Part shown: positions 14,953 through 25,400 of the stretch, piece by piece | How positions within the stretch are numbered: position 1 is the stretch's first letter | Layout: each line of letters opens with the position of its first letter | From: a virus | Taxonomy: Duplodnaviria > Caudoviricetes | Direction: 5' to 3' (one strand) | DNA length: 32,748 nucleotides | IMG/VR virus record: IMGVR_UViG_3300044723_001797 | Coordinates: 1-32,748 of that record | Notes under the pieces: generated by a model | The model's input: only the letters and a program-made list of their open reading frames with translations | Databases searched by the model: none | What the model was told of the DNA's origin: nothing | Translations under genes and position numbers: made by a program

Positions 14953-16490
14953 TGATTCTTGATCCAATTGCTAAAAATTATCTTGGCCGCTATGAAAAAG
15001 CAAAATCAAAACGTACAAATTTTGTAGATGTATTTGAAGAATGCTATGAATATGCATTGCCTCAACGTGAATCATTTTACTATGAAGTATCAGGTCAGCG
15101 TAGAGATGATAAAATCTTTGACTCTACTGCTGTTGTTGGAGTCCAAGAGTTTGCAAGTAGATTGCAATCAGGTTTAGTTCCAAACTTTGCAAGATGGGCA
15201 GACCTTACAGCGGGATCAGAAGTTCCTAAAGAAGAACGTGATTCTGTTAATAATGATTTAGATGAAGTTACTGAATATGTATTTGAAGTTATTCAGAACT
15301 CTAACTTTGCACAGGAAGTGCATGAGTCATTTATGGACTTGGCAGTTGGTACTGGCGTTTTGGTTTGTGAAGAAGGTGATGCGATAAATCCTATCCGTTT
15401 TTCTGCAATACCATTACCACATGTTATTCTTGATACTGGCCCAGATGATCGTATTGACCATGTGTTTCGTGAGCGTAAGAACATACGTTATGATCAGTTA
15501 AAAATTATGTATCCAAAGGGTACATTTAATGATGAATTGCTTTCCTTAATGGCAAATCAAAATGATCAAACAACAACAGTTCTTGAAGTTGTGTGTCGTG
15601 ATTATTCTCAATTAAATCAGGAAGCATATCTACATTACGCAATTTGTATGACTACAAAGTCAATTATTATGAAGCGCGATATGAAAGGTGTTGGTTCCAA
15701 TCCATTTATTTGTTTCCGTTGGTCTAAGTGTGCGGGTGAAGTTTATGGGCGTGGGCCTTTGTTTAATGCCTTGTCTGATATTAAAACAGTAAACCTTACT
15801 GTTGAGATGATCCTTGAAAATGCGCAAATGGCTATCTCTGGTATCTATCAGATGGAAGATGATGGCGTTATTAACGTAGATACAATCAATCTTGTTCCAG
15901 GGACAATTATTCCAAAGGCGATGGGATCGGCGGGCTTGCAACCTATACAAGCGGCGGGCCGCTTCGATGTTGCGCAACTACAGATTGATCGCGCTCAAAC
16001 TGCTATCAAAAAACATTTGTATAGTGAAATGTTAGGCGACCCTAACAGAACACCTGCGTCTGCTACAGAAGTTGCAGAGCGAATGGCTGACTTGTCTCGC
16101 CGTATTGGTTCTGCATTTGGTAGATTGCAAATCGAGCTAGTTCAGCCAGTGTTACAGCGTGTTATTTATATTCTTAAGAAACAGGGTCGCATTGAAGTTC
16201 CGACTATTAATGGTCGTGAGGTGAAAATTAAATCTATATCTCCGCTGGCACAGGCACAAGCTAACCAAGATATTTCTGCTGTATCTCGTTTTTTAGAACT
16301 TGCTCAATCAGCATTTGGCCCAGAGGCTATGCAGATATTAATCAACTCGGAAATGACTGCTGCATATTTGGCTAAAAAGTTTGGCGTTCCTGATTCTTTA
16401 ATACGAGATGAAGAAGAACGAAAAGAAATAGTTGCATTAATGCAGCAAATGCAGCAAGTTGAGGCACAAGCACCGCAACCAATGGAGTAA
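14952..16490 (+). CDS. Portal / head-tail connector (T7 gp8-like)
   Basis: 512 aa; FDSTA...LQSGL, RWSK..GEVYGRGP, SATEVAER, ISPLAQAQ motifs. Confidence 0.95.
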   Translation: MILDPIAKNYLGRYEKAKSKRTNFVDVFEECYEYALPQRESFYYEVSGQRRDDKIFDSTAVVGVQEFASRLQSGLVPNFARWADLTAGSEVPKEERDSVNNDLDEVTEYVFEVIQNSNFAQEVHESFMDLAVGTGVLVCEEGDAINPIRFSAIPLPHVILDTGPDDRIDHVFRERKNIRYDQLKIMYPKGTFNDELLSLMANQNDQTTTVLEVVCRDYSQLNQEAYLHYAICMTTKSIIMKRDMKGVGSNPFICFRWSKCAGEVYGRGPLFNALSDIKTVNLTVEMILENAQMAISGIYQMEDDGVINVDTINLVPGTIIPKAMGSAGLQPIQAAGRFDVAQLQIDRAQTAIKKHLYSEMLGDPNRTPASATEVAERMADLSRRIGSAFGRLQIELVQPVLQRVIYILKKQGRIEVPTINGREVKIKSISPLAQAQANQDISAVSRFLELAQSAFGPEAMQILINSEMTAAYLAKKFGVPDSLIRDEEERKEIVALMQQMQQVEAQAPQPME

Positions 16491-16493
16491 TGC

Positions 16494-16766
16494 TTGAGCC
16501 AGAAAATTAATGTGGGCATCGATGGAATTAATCGTCCACAAGATAAAGATCGTGAGATCAGTGAAAATATAGCAACACTGTTTGGTTCTGTAACAGGAAA
16601 TGCTGTGTTGAAGTATTTAAGGTCAATTACAATTGAAATGGTTCACGGCCCTAATGTGACGACAGAAGAACTGCGTCATATGGAAGGGCAGCGATATATT
16701 GTTGGGTTGATCGAAAACAGAATGAATCATGCACATAAGGTAAAGAATGATGGAACAAGAAGTTGA
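16494..16766 (+). CDS. Small post-portal protein (Bbp19-like by recall)
   Basis: LFGSVTGNAVLKYL...EGQRYIV motif; TTG start after GGAG. Confidence 0.8.
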   Translation: MSQKINVGIDGINRPQDKDREISENIATLFGSVTGNAVLKYLRSITIEMVHGPNVTTEELRHMEGQRYIVGLIENRMNHAHKVKNDGTRS

Positions 16767-17472
16767 GACAGTTGAGACAGTTGAGACAGAAGTTGTTGAC
16801 AACCCTGACAACCCTGACAACCGTCCAGAATGGTTGCCAGAAAAGTTCAATACGCCAGAAGATTTAAGCAAAGCTTATAGTGCTTTATCTTCTAAGCTTG
16901 GCGAAAAAGAAGAAGATATACGCAGTCGCTTGATGGAAGAACTGCAACAACAAGCATCTGAGGGTGTGCCTACAGAAGCAGGTGCCTATGAACTGCCTGA
17001 CTTTGTTGACCCAGAGGAAGCAGTTGGAAATGAAATGCTTCAGGAATGGGCGGAGCATTGTCACAAGAATGGATATACACATGAAGAATTCCAAAAAGGA
17101 ATTGAGATGTATATGAATGGCATGGGGCCAGAGCCAGACTTGGAGGTTGAATCTAAAAAACTAGGTGACAATGCGGAAGCTAGAATTGAGGCTGCATCAT
17201 TGTTTGCTAATAAGTTTTTCCCAGAAGAAGCTCTACCAGCTATTGAGCGTATGTGTGAAAGTGCTGAAGGTATTATTGCTTTGGAGGCGATTATGTCACA
17301 AATGCAAGACCCAAGTGTTTCGGAGCAAACAAACATTGCGTCTAATCTTAGCGAAATAGAACTTACTGAGATGATGAAAGACCCAAGATACAGCAGTCAT
17401 AATCAAAGAGATCGAAACTATGTTAAAATGATTGATGAAGGCTGGCAGAAACTTTATGCAAGAAGAACTTAA
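16747..17472 (+). CDS. Capsid assembly scaffolding protein (T7 gp9-like)
   Basis: Acidic; RPEWLPEKF..EDLSKAY..L..KL and MMKDPRY motifs. Confidence 0.88.
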   Translation: MMEQEVETVETVETEVVDNPDNPDNRPEWLPEKFNTPEDLSKAYSALSSKLGEKEEDIRSRLMEELQQQASEGVPTEAGAYELPDFVDPEEAVGNEMLQEWAEHCHKNGYTHEEFQKGIEMYMNGMGPEPDLEVESKKLGDNAEARIEAASLFANKFFPEEALPAIERMCESAEGIIALEAIMSQMQDPSVSEQTNIASNLSEIELTEMMKDPRYSSHNQRDRNYVKMIDEGWQKLYARRT

Positions 17473-17977
17473 GATATTATCAAGAGGTGCGTTTTATATG
17501 ACGCCCTTTTGTGACTATCATATTCCAGAGTTTTTAAAAGTTATACACGGAGAAACAATTCGTGAGTTAACAAATTTAGGCCATTTAAATGTTGTTGAGG
17601 CTTTGCAAGAGGTTGTTGAAACCAGTGAAGCTTACATTGTCAAAGATAATAACGGCACAATATTGCTAATATGTGGACTAGTCCATGACGATGAAACTCC
17701 ACAAATGTTCGCCTTGTTTACTAAAAATCTTAAAGACAACTATAAAGCTTTGGTTCGCAGTTCTAGAGCATTAGTATCTTTCTTTGACCAAGTACACCCT
17801 ATGCTAACCATGACTATTTCTGCGCAGTACAATGATATGTTGCAGTGGGCGGCTTGGTTAGGCTTTGAGGCCGTGGGTATGTCACACTACCAAAATACAC
17901 ATTATGTCGAATTTGTGCGTTGCAATTCTATAAAAAATTATGTTTCACATGAAACATCAAGGCCCGTAATGCACTGA
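17456..17977 (+). CDS. GNAT-fold/T7 gp13-like protein
   Basis: LICGL and MLQWAAWLGFE motifs; start uncertain (17432, 17456 or later). Confidence 0.6.
   Translation: MQEELKILSRGAFYMTPFCDYHIPEFLKVIHGETIRELTNLGHLNVVEALQEVVETSEAYIVKDNNGTILLICGLVHDDETPQMFALFTKNLKDNYKALVRSSRALVSFFDQVHPMLTMTISAQYNDMLQWAAWLGFEAVGMSHYQNTHYVEFVRCNSIKNYVSHETSRPVMH
17913..17957 (+). promoter_or_regulatory. Putative late promoter, copy 3 (capsid), with inverted repeat
   Basis: TTGTGCGTTG 17913-17922; ATGTTTCA-CA-TGAAACAT 17940-17957. Confidence 0.6.
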
Positions 17978-18056
17978 GAAGCCCGAAAGGATACCTTCGT
18001 TGATGTGACTGAGCGGATAACCACGATGCTCGAAACAACAACTTAGGAACTGTAAA

Positions 18057-18866
18057 ATGGCTAACACAATTGATGTAGCATTTATTAAGCAGTTTGAAAC
18101 CGATGTGCATCTTGCTTATCAGCGCATGGGTTCTAAATTGCGTAATACTATTCGTTCAACTAACGTAAATGGTTCAGTTGCACGATTCCAAAAAATTGGT
18201 GCAGGTACAGCATCTACTAAATCGCGTAACGGAAATGTTACTGCGATGGAATTAGTACACACCAATGTTGAAGCGACTATGGCTGACTACTATGCAGCGG
18301 AATACATCGACAAACTTGACGAGTTGAAAACAAACATCAACGAGCGTCAAGCTGTCGCTGAATCTGCGGCTGCGGCTCTAGGTCGTAAGACTGATGAAAT
18401 CATCACAACAGCAATGGATGCTGGCGCAAATGCAACAGCAATCCACGATACTGCGTCTGCTCTTGAAAAAGCAGATTTATTGTCACTGTTTGAAACATTT
18501 GGTTCAGCGGATATTCCTGAAGATGGTCAACGCTATCTTGCAATGTCACCTGCTGGTTTTGCCGATCTGTTCAACATCACTGAGTTTGCTTCAAGCGACT
18601 TTGTTGGGCCGCAAAATCTACCATTTGCTGGCGGCATGACAATGAAAGAATTCTTGGGTTTCAAGATTTTCTCAACGTCTGCTGTAGGTGCTGGTAAAAA
18701 CTTTGCGTACCATATGCGCGCAGTTGGTATCGGTGTTAACTCTGATGTTCAAACTGAAATAAACTATGTACCTGAAAAGGTATCACACCTAGCGACATCA
18801 ATGATGTCCATGGGTTCTGTTGTTATTGATGACAACGGTGTTTATGAAGTATTGGATAACAATTGA
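18057..18866 (+). CDS. Major capsid protein
   Basis: FIKQFETDVHLAYQRMGSKLR and AALGRKTDEII motifs; position after scaffold. Confidence 0.93.
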   Translation: MANTIDVAFIKQFETDVHLAYQRMGSKLRNTIRSTNVNGSVARFQKIGAGTASTKSRNGNVTAMELVHTNVEATMADYYAAEYIDKLDELKTNINERQAVAESAAAALGRKTDEIITTAMDAGANATAIHDTASALEKADLLSLFETFGSADIPEDGQRYLAMSPAGFADLFNITEFASSDFVGPQNLPFAGGMTMKEFLGFKIFSTSAVGAGKNFAYHMRAVGIGVNSDVQTEINYVPEKVSHLATSMMSMGSVVIDDNGVYEVLDNN

Positions 18867-18870
18867 TAAT

Positions 18871-18896
18871 GGTTGGGGGCTTCTGCCCCCAATCTT
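18871..18896 (+). terminator. Post-capsid hairpin, probably a leaky terminator
   Basis: GGTTGGGGGC-TTCT-GCCCCCAATC with a very short U-tract. Confidence 0.55.
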
Positions 18897-18952
18897 CCCC
18901 CTTGATTAGGACTCGCACTGCGATAGGGGGATATAAATTTTAAGGATTAGGT

Positions 18953-19546
18953 ATGGCAGTTTCTAGTACACCAGCAAGATCAGCGGTAGATGTTTGCAGC
19001 AGAGCTTTAATCCTTATTGGGGCTGAACCTATTACATCGTTTGATGATGGTAATAATGAAGCTTTGATTGCATCTAACATGTATGAAGATATTGCTAGAG
19101 CCGCTTTGGTTAATTGTCGTTGGCGTTTTGCTACAAATCAGGTTGTTTTAAATAGATTATCAGATGCGCCAACAGGTAGATTTGATTCAGCATATCAGCT
19201 TCCTAGTGGCTGGCTTATGTCTCACGCTGTAACTGTTAATGATTTTCCTATAGAATATCAGACTTATGGTGACAAAATATATTCAAATTCTACGGCATCA
19301 GATGAACTTGTTTTAGATTATACATATAGAGCAAATGAACAAGATTGGCCTTCATACTTTACTGTTGCAGTAGAATACGAACTAGCTATCGTCTTTGCAG
19401 TTGGTCTTGCAAGAGATCAAACACTGGCGCAGCTAATGAGCCAACAAGCTTCCCAAGCTATGGTAAAAGCTAGGTCACTTGATAGTCAGCAGCAAACAAC
19501 TCGCAAACTAACAACCAATAGGTTTATAGCTAATAGGCGTACATAA
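18953..19546 (+). CDS. Tail tubular protein A / adaptor (T7 gp11-like)
   Basis: CSRALILIGAEPITSF, WRFA, AYQLP motifs; size and position. Confidence 0.9.
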   Translation: MAVSSTPARSAVDVCSRALILIGAEPITSFDDGNNEALIASNMYEDIARAALVNCRWRFATNQVVLNRLSDAPTGRFDSAYQLPSGWLMSHAVTVNDFPIEYQTYGDKIYSNSTASDELVLDYTYRANEQDWPSYFTVAVEYELAIVFAVGLARDQTLAQLMSQQASQAMVKARSLDSQQQTTRKLTTNRFIANRRT

Positions 19547-21966
19547 TGCAGAAAGTTAGAGTGCCGCTTACAAACTTTCGTTTTGGTGAAGTAAGCCCTT
19601 CGCTATACTCAAGAACTGATACACAAATTTATAATCAATCTGCTCAAAGAGTTAAAAACTTTTTTCTTAGAGCAGAAGGTGGGGTTATAAAAAGATCAGG
19701 TTTAGAAAACTTGTATCAGTACGATATAACTATTGACTCTACAAAAACGCAGCAAAGCAGATTGCTGCCTTTTGTTTTTTCTGATGATGAGCAATATATT
19801 GTTTCCCTAGAACATCAGCAAATTCGTGTTTTTCAAATAAGCCCTACGACAGGTGACGTATCGCTAATTCAAACTATTACACAAGATGTGGACTCTGCTA
19901 CGCTTCCATTTGACCATGACTACATCCATGAGTATACCTATGCTCAAGCTGGTGATGTTATGTTCATTGCGCATCAGACTTTCTCACCGCAGCAACTAGT
20001 GCGAACTGGACTTACAACTTTTCAAGTTGAGTCATTTTTGTTTGATCAAAATTCATCTGCGACCAAGATTTATCAGCCATACTTTTCGTTTCAAACAGCG
20101 GGTATGACTCTTGATCCATCTGCATCTAGCGGAAATGGTATAACTCTTACAACAAGTTCTGCTTATTGGAATACTGGAACTGTTCTTACTGAAGATGTAG
20201 CCGATGGATCATTGGTAATAAACAATTGGTATATTGTTAAAACTGTAGGTACATCCGATTTTACAACTGTAGGTGCGCATTCAAATGCTGTTGGTCAAGT
20301 ATTTAAAGCGACTGGAACTGGTGATAATACAAAAACTGGAACAGTAGATAATGTTAAGGAGCCGCCACAGATAGGCTCAACTGTTAGATATAATAAAAAC
20401 GAAATAGAAATAACAGATATACAAAGTTCTACTGTAGCAACTGGTGATATTCTTGATGAACTTACAGTTACTTTATTACCAGATTCACTTAAAACAGATC
20501 ATGGCTCTGATAAAGTAGAGGTAACATTAGTAAATCACGGTCTTTCAGAAGGTGATTCATTTACTCTTGCAATTACAGATACTATAGGCGGTATTTCTGT
20601 AAATCAGTTAAACGGTAGTAAGACGGTAACTAAAATCATTGATAATGATAAGTTTACTTTTACTGCTGGTTCTGTTGCAAATGTATCTGAAAGTGGCGGT
20701 GGAACTCCCACACTTACAACACATGCGCCCACTACAACATGGGATGAACAATCATATTCTACGTTAAGAGGGTATCCCGCAGCAGTTACATTCCATGAGA
20801 ATAGATTAGTATTTGCTGGTTCTTTAGCACAACCAGATTCTATTTGGTTTAGTAAAACTGGACACTTTTATAACTTTGATCTTGGTGAAGCATTAGATGA
20901 TCAAGCGATACATATTACTGCTTCTGTTGGTGAGATACAGCAAATACGGCATCTTGTATCTAACCGTGATCTTCAAGTGTTTTCTGCTTCTGCTGAATTT
21001 TATGTTCCAGCATTTCAGAATAGGCCAGTTACACCTCTGACAGCTAACCTGAAAAGGCAAACACCTTATGGCTGTGGATTCCAAAGGCCACAAGCTATAG
21101 ACGGAGCAACATTGTTTGTTCAAAAAGGTGGATCAATTGTCAGGGAATATTTATTTAGTGATGCTGAAGCTGCATATGTTTCTAATCCTATATCTACAGT
21201 TTCATCGCATTTAATTAAAATACCTATAGAAATGAACACATTGTATGGCGCATTATCTCGCGCGGAAAGCTATGTGTTTATTCTAAACAATGATGGAACA
21301 ATAGCTGTATTTAATTCTAATCGTGCTGAACAACGTGCAGGATGGGTAGAATTTACAACGAATGGATTCTTTCATTCTACAATTACTATTGATGATCGTG
21401 TTTTTGCTAATGTTGAATATGACTTAGGTGATGGAACAACCAAAATTATTTTGTGCGAGTTTAACAAAAACTTTAACACTGACATGGCAAAAACTTACAC
21501 AGGCATAGCAGGTGTATTTGATGTATCTTCTGATTTTAATGATGGGGCTACTTTAGATGTAATTGATGGCAACAATTATATTGGTCAATTTACTGTAGCT
21601 AGTGGAAACATAGATGTATCAACAGTAGATAATACTCTAACTAGTGCTGAGATTGGGTATAAGTTTGATATAGAACTTAAAACAAATCCTATTGATGCAA
21701 GTTTAGGTAATGGGCCGATAACTGGTATGCCTAGAGGATTGGGTAGTGTTATTGTTGATTTAAACAGTACGCTATCATGCAGTGTAAATGGAACTGCTCT
21801 TATTATAAGAAACGTAACTGATGATCTTTCTTTGGAGCAGTCAGCATTTACTGGAAAGAAAGAGTTTCGATTGCTTGGATACAATCGTGATCCTCAAATT
21901 ACCATTACGCAAACTGCGCCTCTCGGCTTGCAAGTTAATGGATTAGTAGCGGAGTTAATATTCTAA
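19546..21966 (+). CDS. Tail tubular protein B / nozzle (T7 gp12-like)
   Basis: NF..GEVSP...RTD, GYPAAVTFHENRLVF, WFSKTG motifs; 806 aa. Confidence 0.92.
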   Translation: MQKVRVPLTNFRFGEVSPSLYSRTDTQIYNQSAQRVKNFFLRAEGGVIKRSGLENLYQYDITIDSTKTQQSRLLPFVFSDDEQYIVSLEHQQIRVFQISPTTGDVSLIQTITQDVDSATLPFDHDYIHEYTYAQAGDVMFIAHQTFSPQQLVRTGLTTFQVESFLFDQNSSATKIYQPYFSFQTAGMTLDPSASSGNGITLTTSSAYWNTGTVLTEDVADGSLVINNWYIVKTVGTSDFTTVGAHSNAVGQVFKATGTGDNTKTGTVDNVKEPPQIGSTVRYNKNEIEITDIQSSTVATGDILDELTVTLLPDSLKTDHGSDKVEVTLVNHGLSEGDSFTLAITDTIGGISVNQLNGSKTVTKIIDNDKFTFTAGSVANVSESGGGTPTLTTHAPTTTWDEQSYSTLRGYPAAVTFHENRLVFAGSLAQPDSIWFSKTGHFYNFDLGEALDDQAIHITASVGEIQQIRHLVSNRDLQVFSASAEFYVPAFQNRPVTPLTANLKRQTPYGCGFQRPQAIDGATLFVQKGGSIVREYLFSDAEAAYVSNPISTVSSHLIKIPIEMNTLYGALSRAESYVFILNNDGTIAVFNSNRAEQRAGWVEFTTNGFFHSTITIDDRVFANVEYDLGDGTTKIILCEFNKNFNTDMAKTYTGIAGVFDVSSDFNDGATLDVIDGNNYIGQFTVASGNIDVSTVDNTLTSAEIGYKFDIELKTNPIDASLGNGPITGMPRGLGSVIVDLNSTLSCSVNGTALIIRNVTDDLSLEQSAFTGKKEFRLLGYNRDPQITITQTAPLGLQVNGLVAELIF

Positions 21967-22400
21967 TGGGACTTTCTTTATTTCTTGCTGCTATTGGAAC
22001 TGCTGCTTCAATAAGTGGTCAAATTAAAGCTGGCAAAGCGCAAAAAGTAACTGCTGAACAGCAAGCCAAACAAATGCAAATTGATAAGATTCTTGGTGAG
22101 GCTCAAGCAGATCAGCAAATGGCTGATAGATTTGCAAGCTATGAATATGCAATGTCAGAATCAAACGCTATGTTTCTTGGCGGTATGGAAAGTGCGCAAC
22201 AAGCATTTGAAGCAGGTCAAAGAAAAATCCTTCTTAAAGACGTCGCAACAATAGCAGACATGAAAAGATTACAAAGTGGTCAGGCATCAATTGCAAGCGC
22301 AATAGAAATAAAACGTGGATCGAATGCTCGAAAAGCTTCTTTCTATAATGCGTTAGGCACACTTGGAACTGCTGCATTCCAATATGCTCAAATTAAATAG
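21966..22400 (+). CDS. Internal virion (ejection) protein, gp14-like
   Basis: Hydrophobic N-terminus, Ala/Gln-rich; position after nozzle. Confidence 0.7.
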   Translation: MGLSLFLAAIGTAASISGQIKAGKAQKVTAEQQAKQMQIDKILGEAQADQQMADRFASYEYAMSESNAMFLGGMESAQQAFEAGQRKILLKDVATIADMKRLQSGQASIASAIEIKRGSNARKASFYNALGTLGTAAFQYAQIK

Positions 22401-22408
22401 GATTTGTT

Positions 22409-25400
22409 ATGGCTATCGTAAGACAACAAAGACAAGCGCGACTACAGCGAATCGGCGTTATTAACGTAGATACTGGCGAGTCCGAAGTTTACAAAAGCAT
22501 AGCAAGAGCAGGGCAAAGCTTAGTTCAAAGCGCATTACCTGAACTTCAACAGCAAGCACAAGAGCGTGGTGTAAATGCTGCTAAAGAAGTAAATCGTCAG
22601 AATTTAATTGAGTTTGATGAAGAAGGTAATCCTAAGGCTCTTACTGTGCCTCAAGACTTTGGAACGATTGCAGCTAGAGCATATCAAACTGTTATTGAGC
22701 GTAGATTCAATGAATCTATGACAGAAGAAATCCAAAACAAATCTATTCAATTAGCAAAGAAATATCCAAATCCAGCAACTTATGGTGAACAAATGGCTAA
22801 TTATTTAGCCGCTATGGATAAAGCTGCTGGTGGTCGTTTTGCTGAATATATCTCAAATACTGGTCGCCCTATACTAACAGAAACCCAAGCTAAATTAGAA
22901 ATTTCAGCGGCTAAAGCTAGACTAAAGCAAGCCAAAGTGTCTGCGGGTATAAATCTTTTTAAAGCTACTGAAAAGTATAATGCATCTGTAGCGTTAGCTG
23001 TTACACCTGAATCTATTGCTGAGTTAGAGCAACTTGAACAGGCGGTTGTTTCTGCTGCTGAAGAAAAGTTTGGACTTGACCAGGACTTTGTTGCTTATTC
23101 AAAAGCTTTGAAAAACATTAACTTTGGTCGGGCTGCTGCAAATGTTAATCTTTTAGTTAATTCTTCAAAGAACCTAGCAAAGTCAGATAGGGAAATATTA
23201 GAAGCGGCAATATCTAACAGGCTATTTTTGCCTCAGATAAAAGATGTATCACTAAGAAATACTGTTGCGCAGATTCACAAGCTGGCACCAGAAAAAATGA
23301 ATGAGCTTTCAACTTCGTTTTCTTCTGGGGTTAATGCTTTAGAAAATATTCAATCTGCTTTCGAAAATGAGTGGATGTCAAACAATGATTCTAGATTTGA
23401 TAACCTAGAGTCTACCTCATTTATGAGCGTTGAAGCTGCAATCAATGCTGGGGAAAATATTGTTTCTGATGCTCCTGATGTAGCAAGAGAAGATGCTAGT
23501 AGTAGAGCTTTGAATGTGGTTTCTAAAACATTTAGGAATGTTCTTTCTGATGTTGTAAGCAATGTTCCTTTGGACAACAAAGTGTTAATTAACAACTTGG
23601 AAGCTGCGCTTACACAGGAAGATATTAATGATGTATCCGTGAAAAGCTTACCATCATCAATTCGTAATGATGTTAAATCTTTAATAGAAAATCTAAGCTA
23701 CACTGACCGTCAGGCAATATTAAAAGAAGCTAAAGCTAATCTAAATGCAGATGCTGCCGTTGTTGAATTAGAATTTAATGCTGCGATAGAAGAATTTAAC
23801 AAGAACAAATTAGCATTAAGTCAAAAAGCTGATTTAGAGTTTGCTAATGTAAATGCACGTATTCAGTCAGCACTTGATCTTGGAGCAACTGAACGTGCTG
23901 AAGATATGTATTATGAATTTTTAAATAGTGACTTTGTAGGTAATTTAAGTTTTTCTGCGCAAAAAGAATTTCAAAAGTTAAAAGGTTCTTTTCGCAGCAA
24001 AATATCTACAACTAAAGCGAATATATCTAGAAAATCCGATGCTCAAAAATTTGTTAGTTTGATTGATCAATTGCGAAATGCAAAAGATTTAGGTCGGGCA
24101 ACAGTTATTAGAGATCAAATCAAAAATGCAGCAAACTTAAATGCGCATAATCATAGTTCAGATAAAATTAATAGCTGGCTATCACAAGCTGATAGCTTGC
24201 ATTCTAAGTTTGTTGGTGAAGATCAAGCCAACAAAAAGTTGGTAAATGAAAATGAAGCAAGACTTATTGCAGAACAACTAGAAGACCTCGCTGACAATGG
24301 AGAAGCTATTAATATTAGCCAGCTGAACAATGCAAAAGCTAAAGCTAAAAAGTTATTTGGCTCTAATTTAAATGGGTACTTAGATGTAGAATCTAGCCTA
24401 GAAACTTCTTACGCTCGTTCTGTAGTAACTTCTGTTCATCAAAACTTAATTGATCGAACAAATGGTAAAGGTATTTCTCCTGATCGCTTTACTGTTCTTA
24501 TGTCAATGAGTGAAGAAGATATTTCTAAGCTGGATAAAACAAGTGCGGAATATACAGTTGCTAAACTTCTAAGCAAAGCCAAGAAACCATTTGCTGCAAA
24601 GTCAGAAGTTAGAACGCAGATTAATCAAATTGAAGAACTTAATCGTAAGCTGCACGATGCATTTATGGAAGAATTTAATCTTGCATCAAGTGTAGATCGG
24701 GTTGTGCTGCAAGGCAATCAATCGCCACTAACTGATCTTAAAGCTTATGAAAATGAAAAATACACAAAGATTGCAGGTGTTGAATCTGGTCAGCCAATTA
24801 ACTTTGATAACCCAGAATTGCTTTATAAAGATGGTCAGCAAACGCTATTTGCTCAACAACTTATTGATGATTTAAGTCGTGGCATAATTATTCCACAGCT
24901 TGCAACATACTTGAATCGTGTAGGCACTGTGGGTGCGGTAAATACTGGGAACGCCTTTGCTATATTCCGTATGGGCAGTGGCACAGCTAGATACGGCGAC
25001 AAGTTAAACGTATGGAATATGGATGGCACTGTTACGCTTGATGCCAAACCATTAGCACGATTGGGTGCAGCCATTCTTATGTATGAAGCAGGTCGTGCGC
25101 CATCGCCAGAAGAAGCTTTGCCTATGATTGTGTCTAATGCTCAAGAAGTTGGTGGAGACATTCGCAAGGGCATCGAAGCTGCAATAGACAAAAAGTTAGA
25201 TGTGTGGATCAACGATACCTATTCGGGTGCAGACTTAGCAACCAGAACAAGATTGATGGAAGCTGCACTTTCATTTGGCTACGATGTTACATCCCCCACA
25301 GATTTAAAGAATGCATTAGATGCTTGGGTTGATGTTACCTTTGGCACTGATGATATGGTTATTGGTAATCGTATAAGCGAGGATAAAGTTGTTGGTGCCA

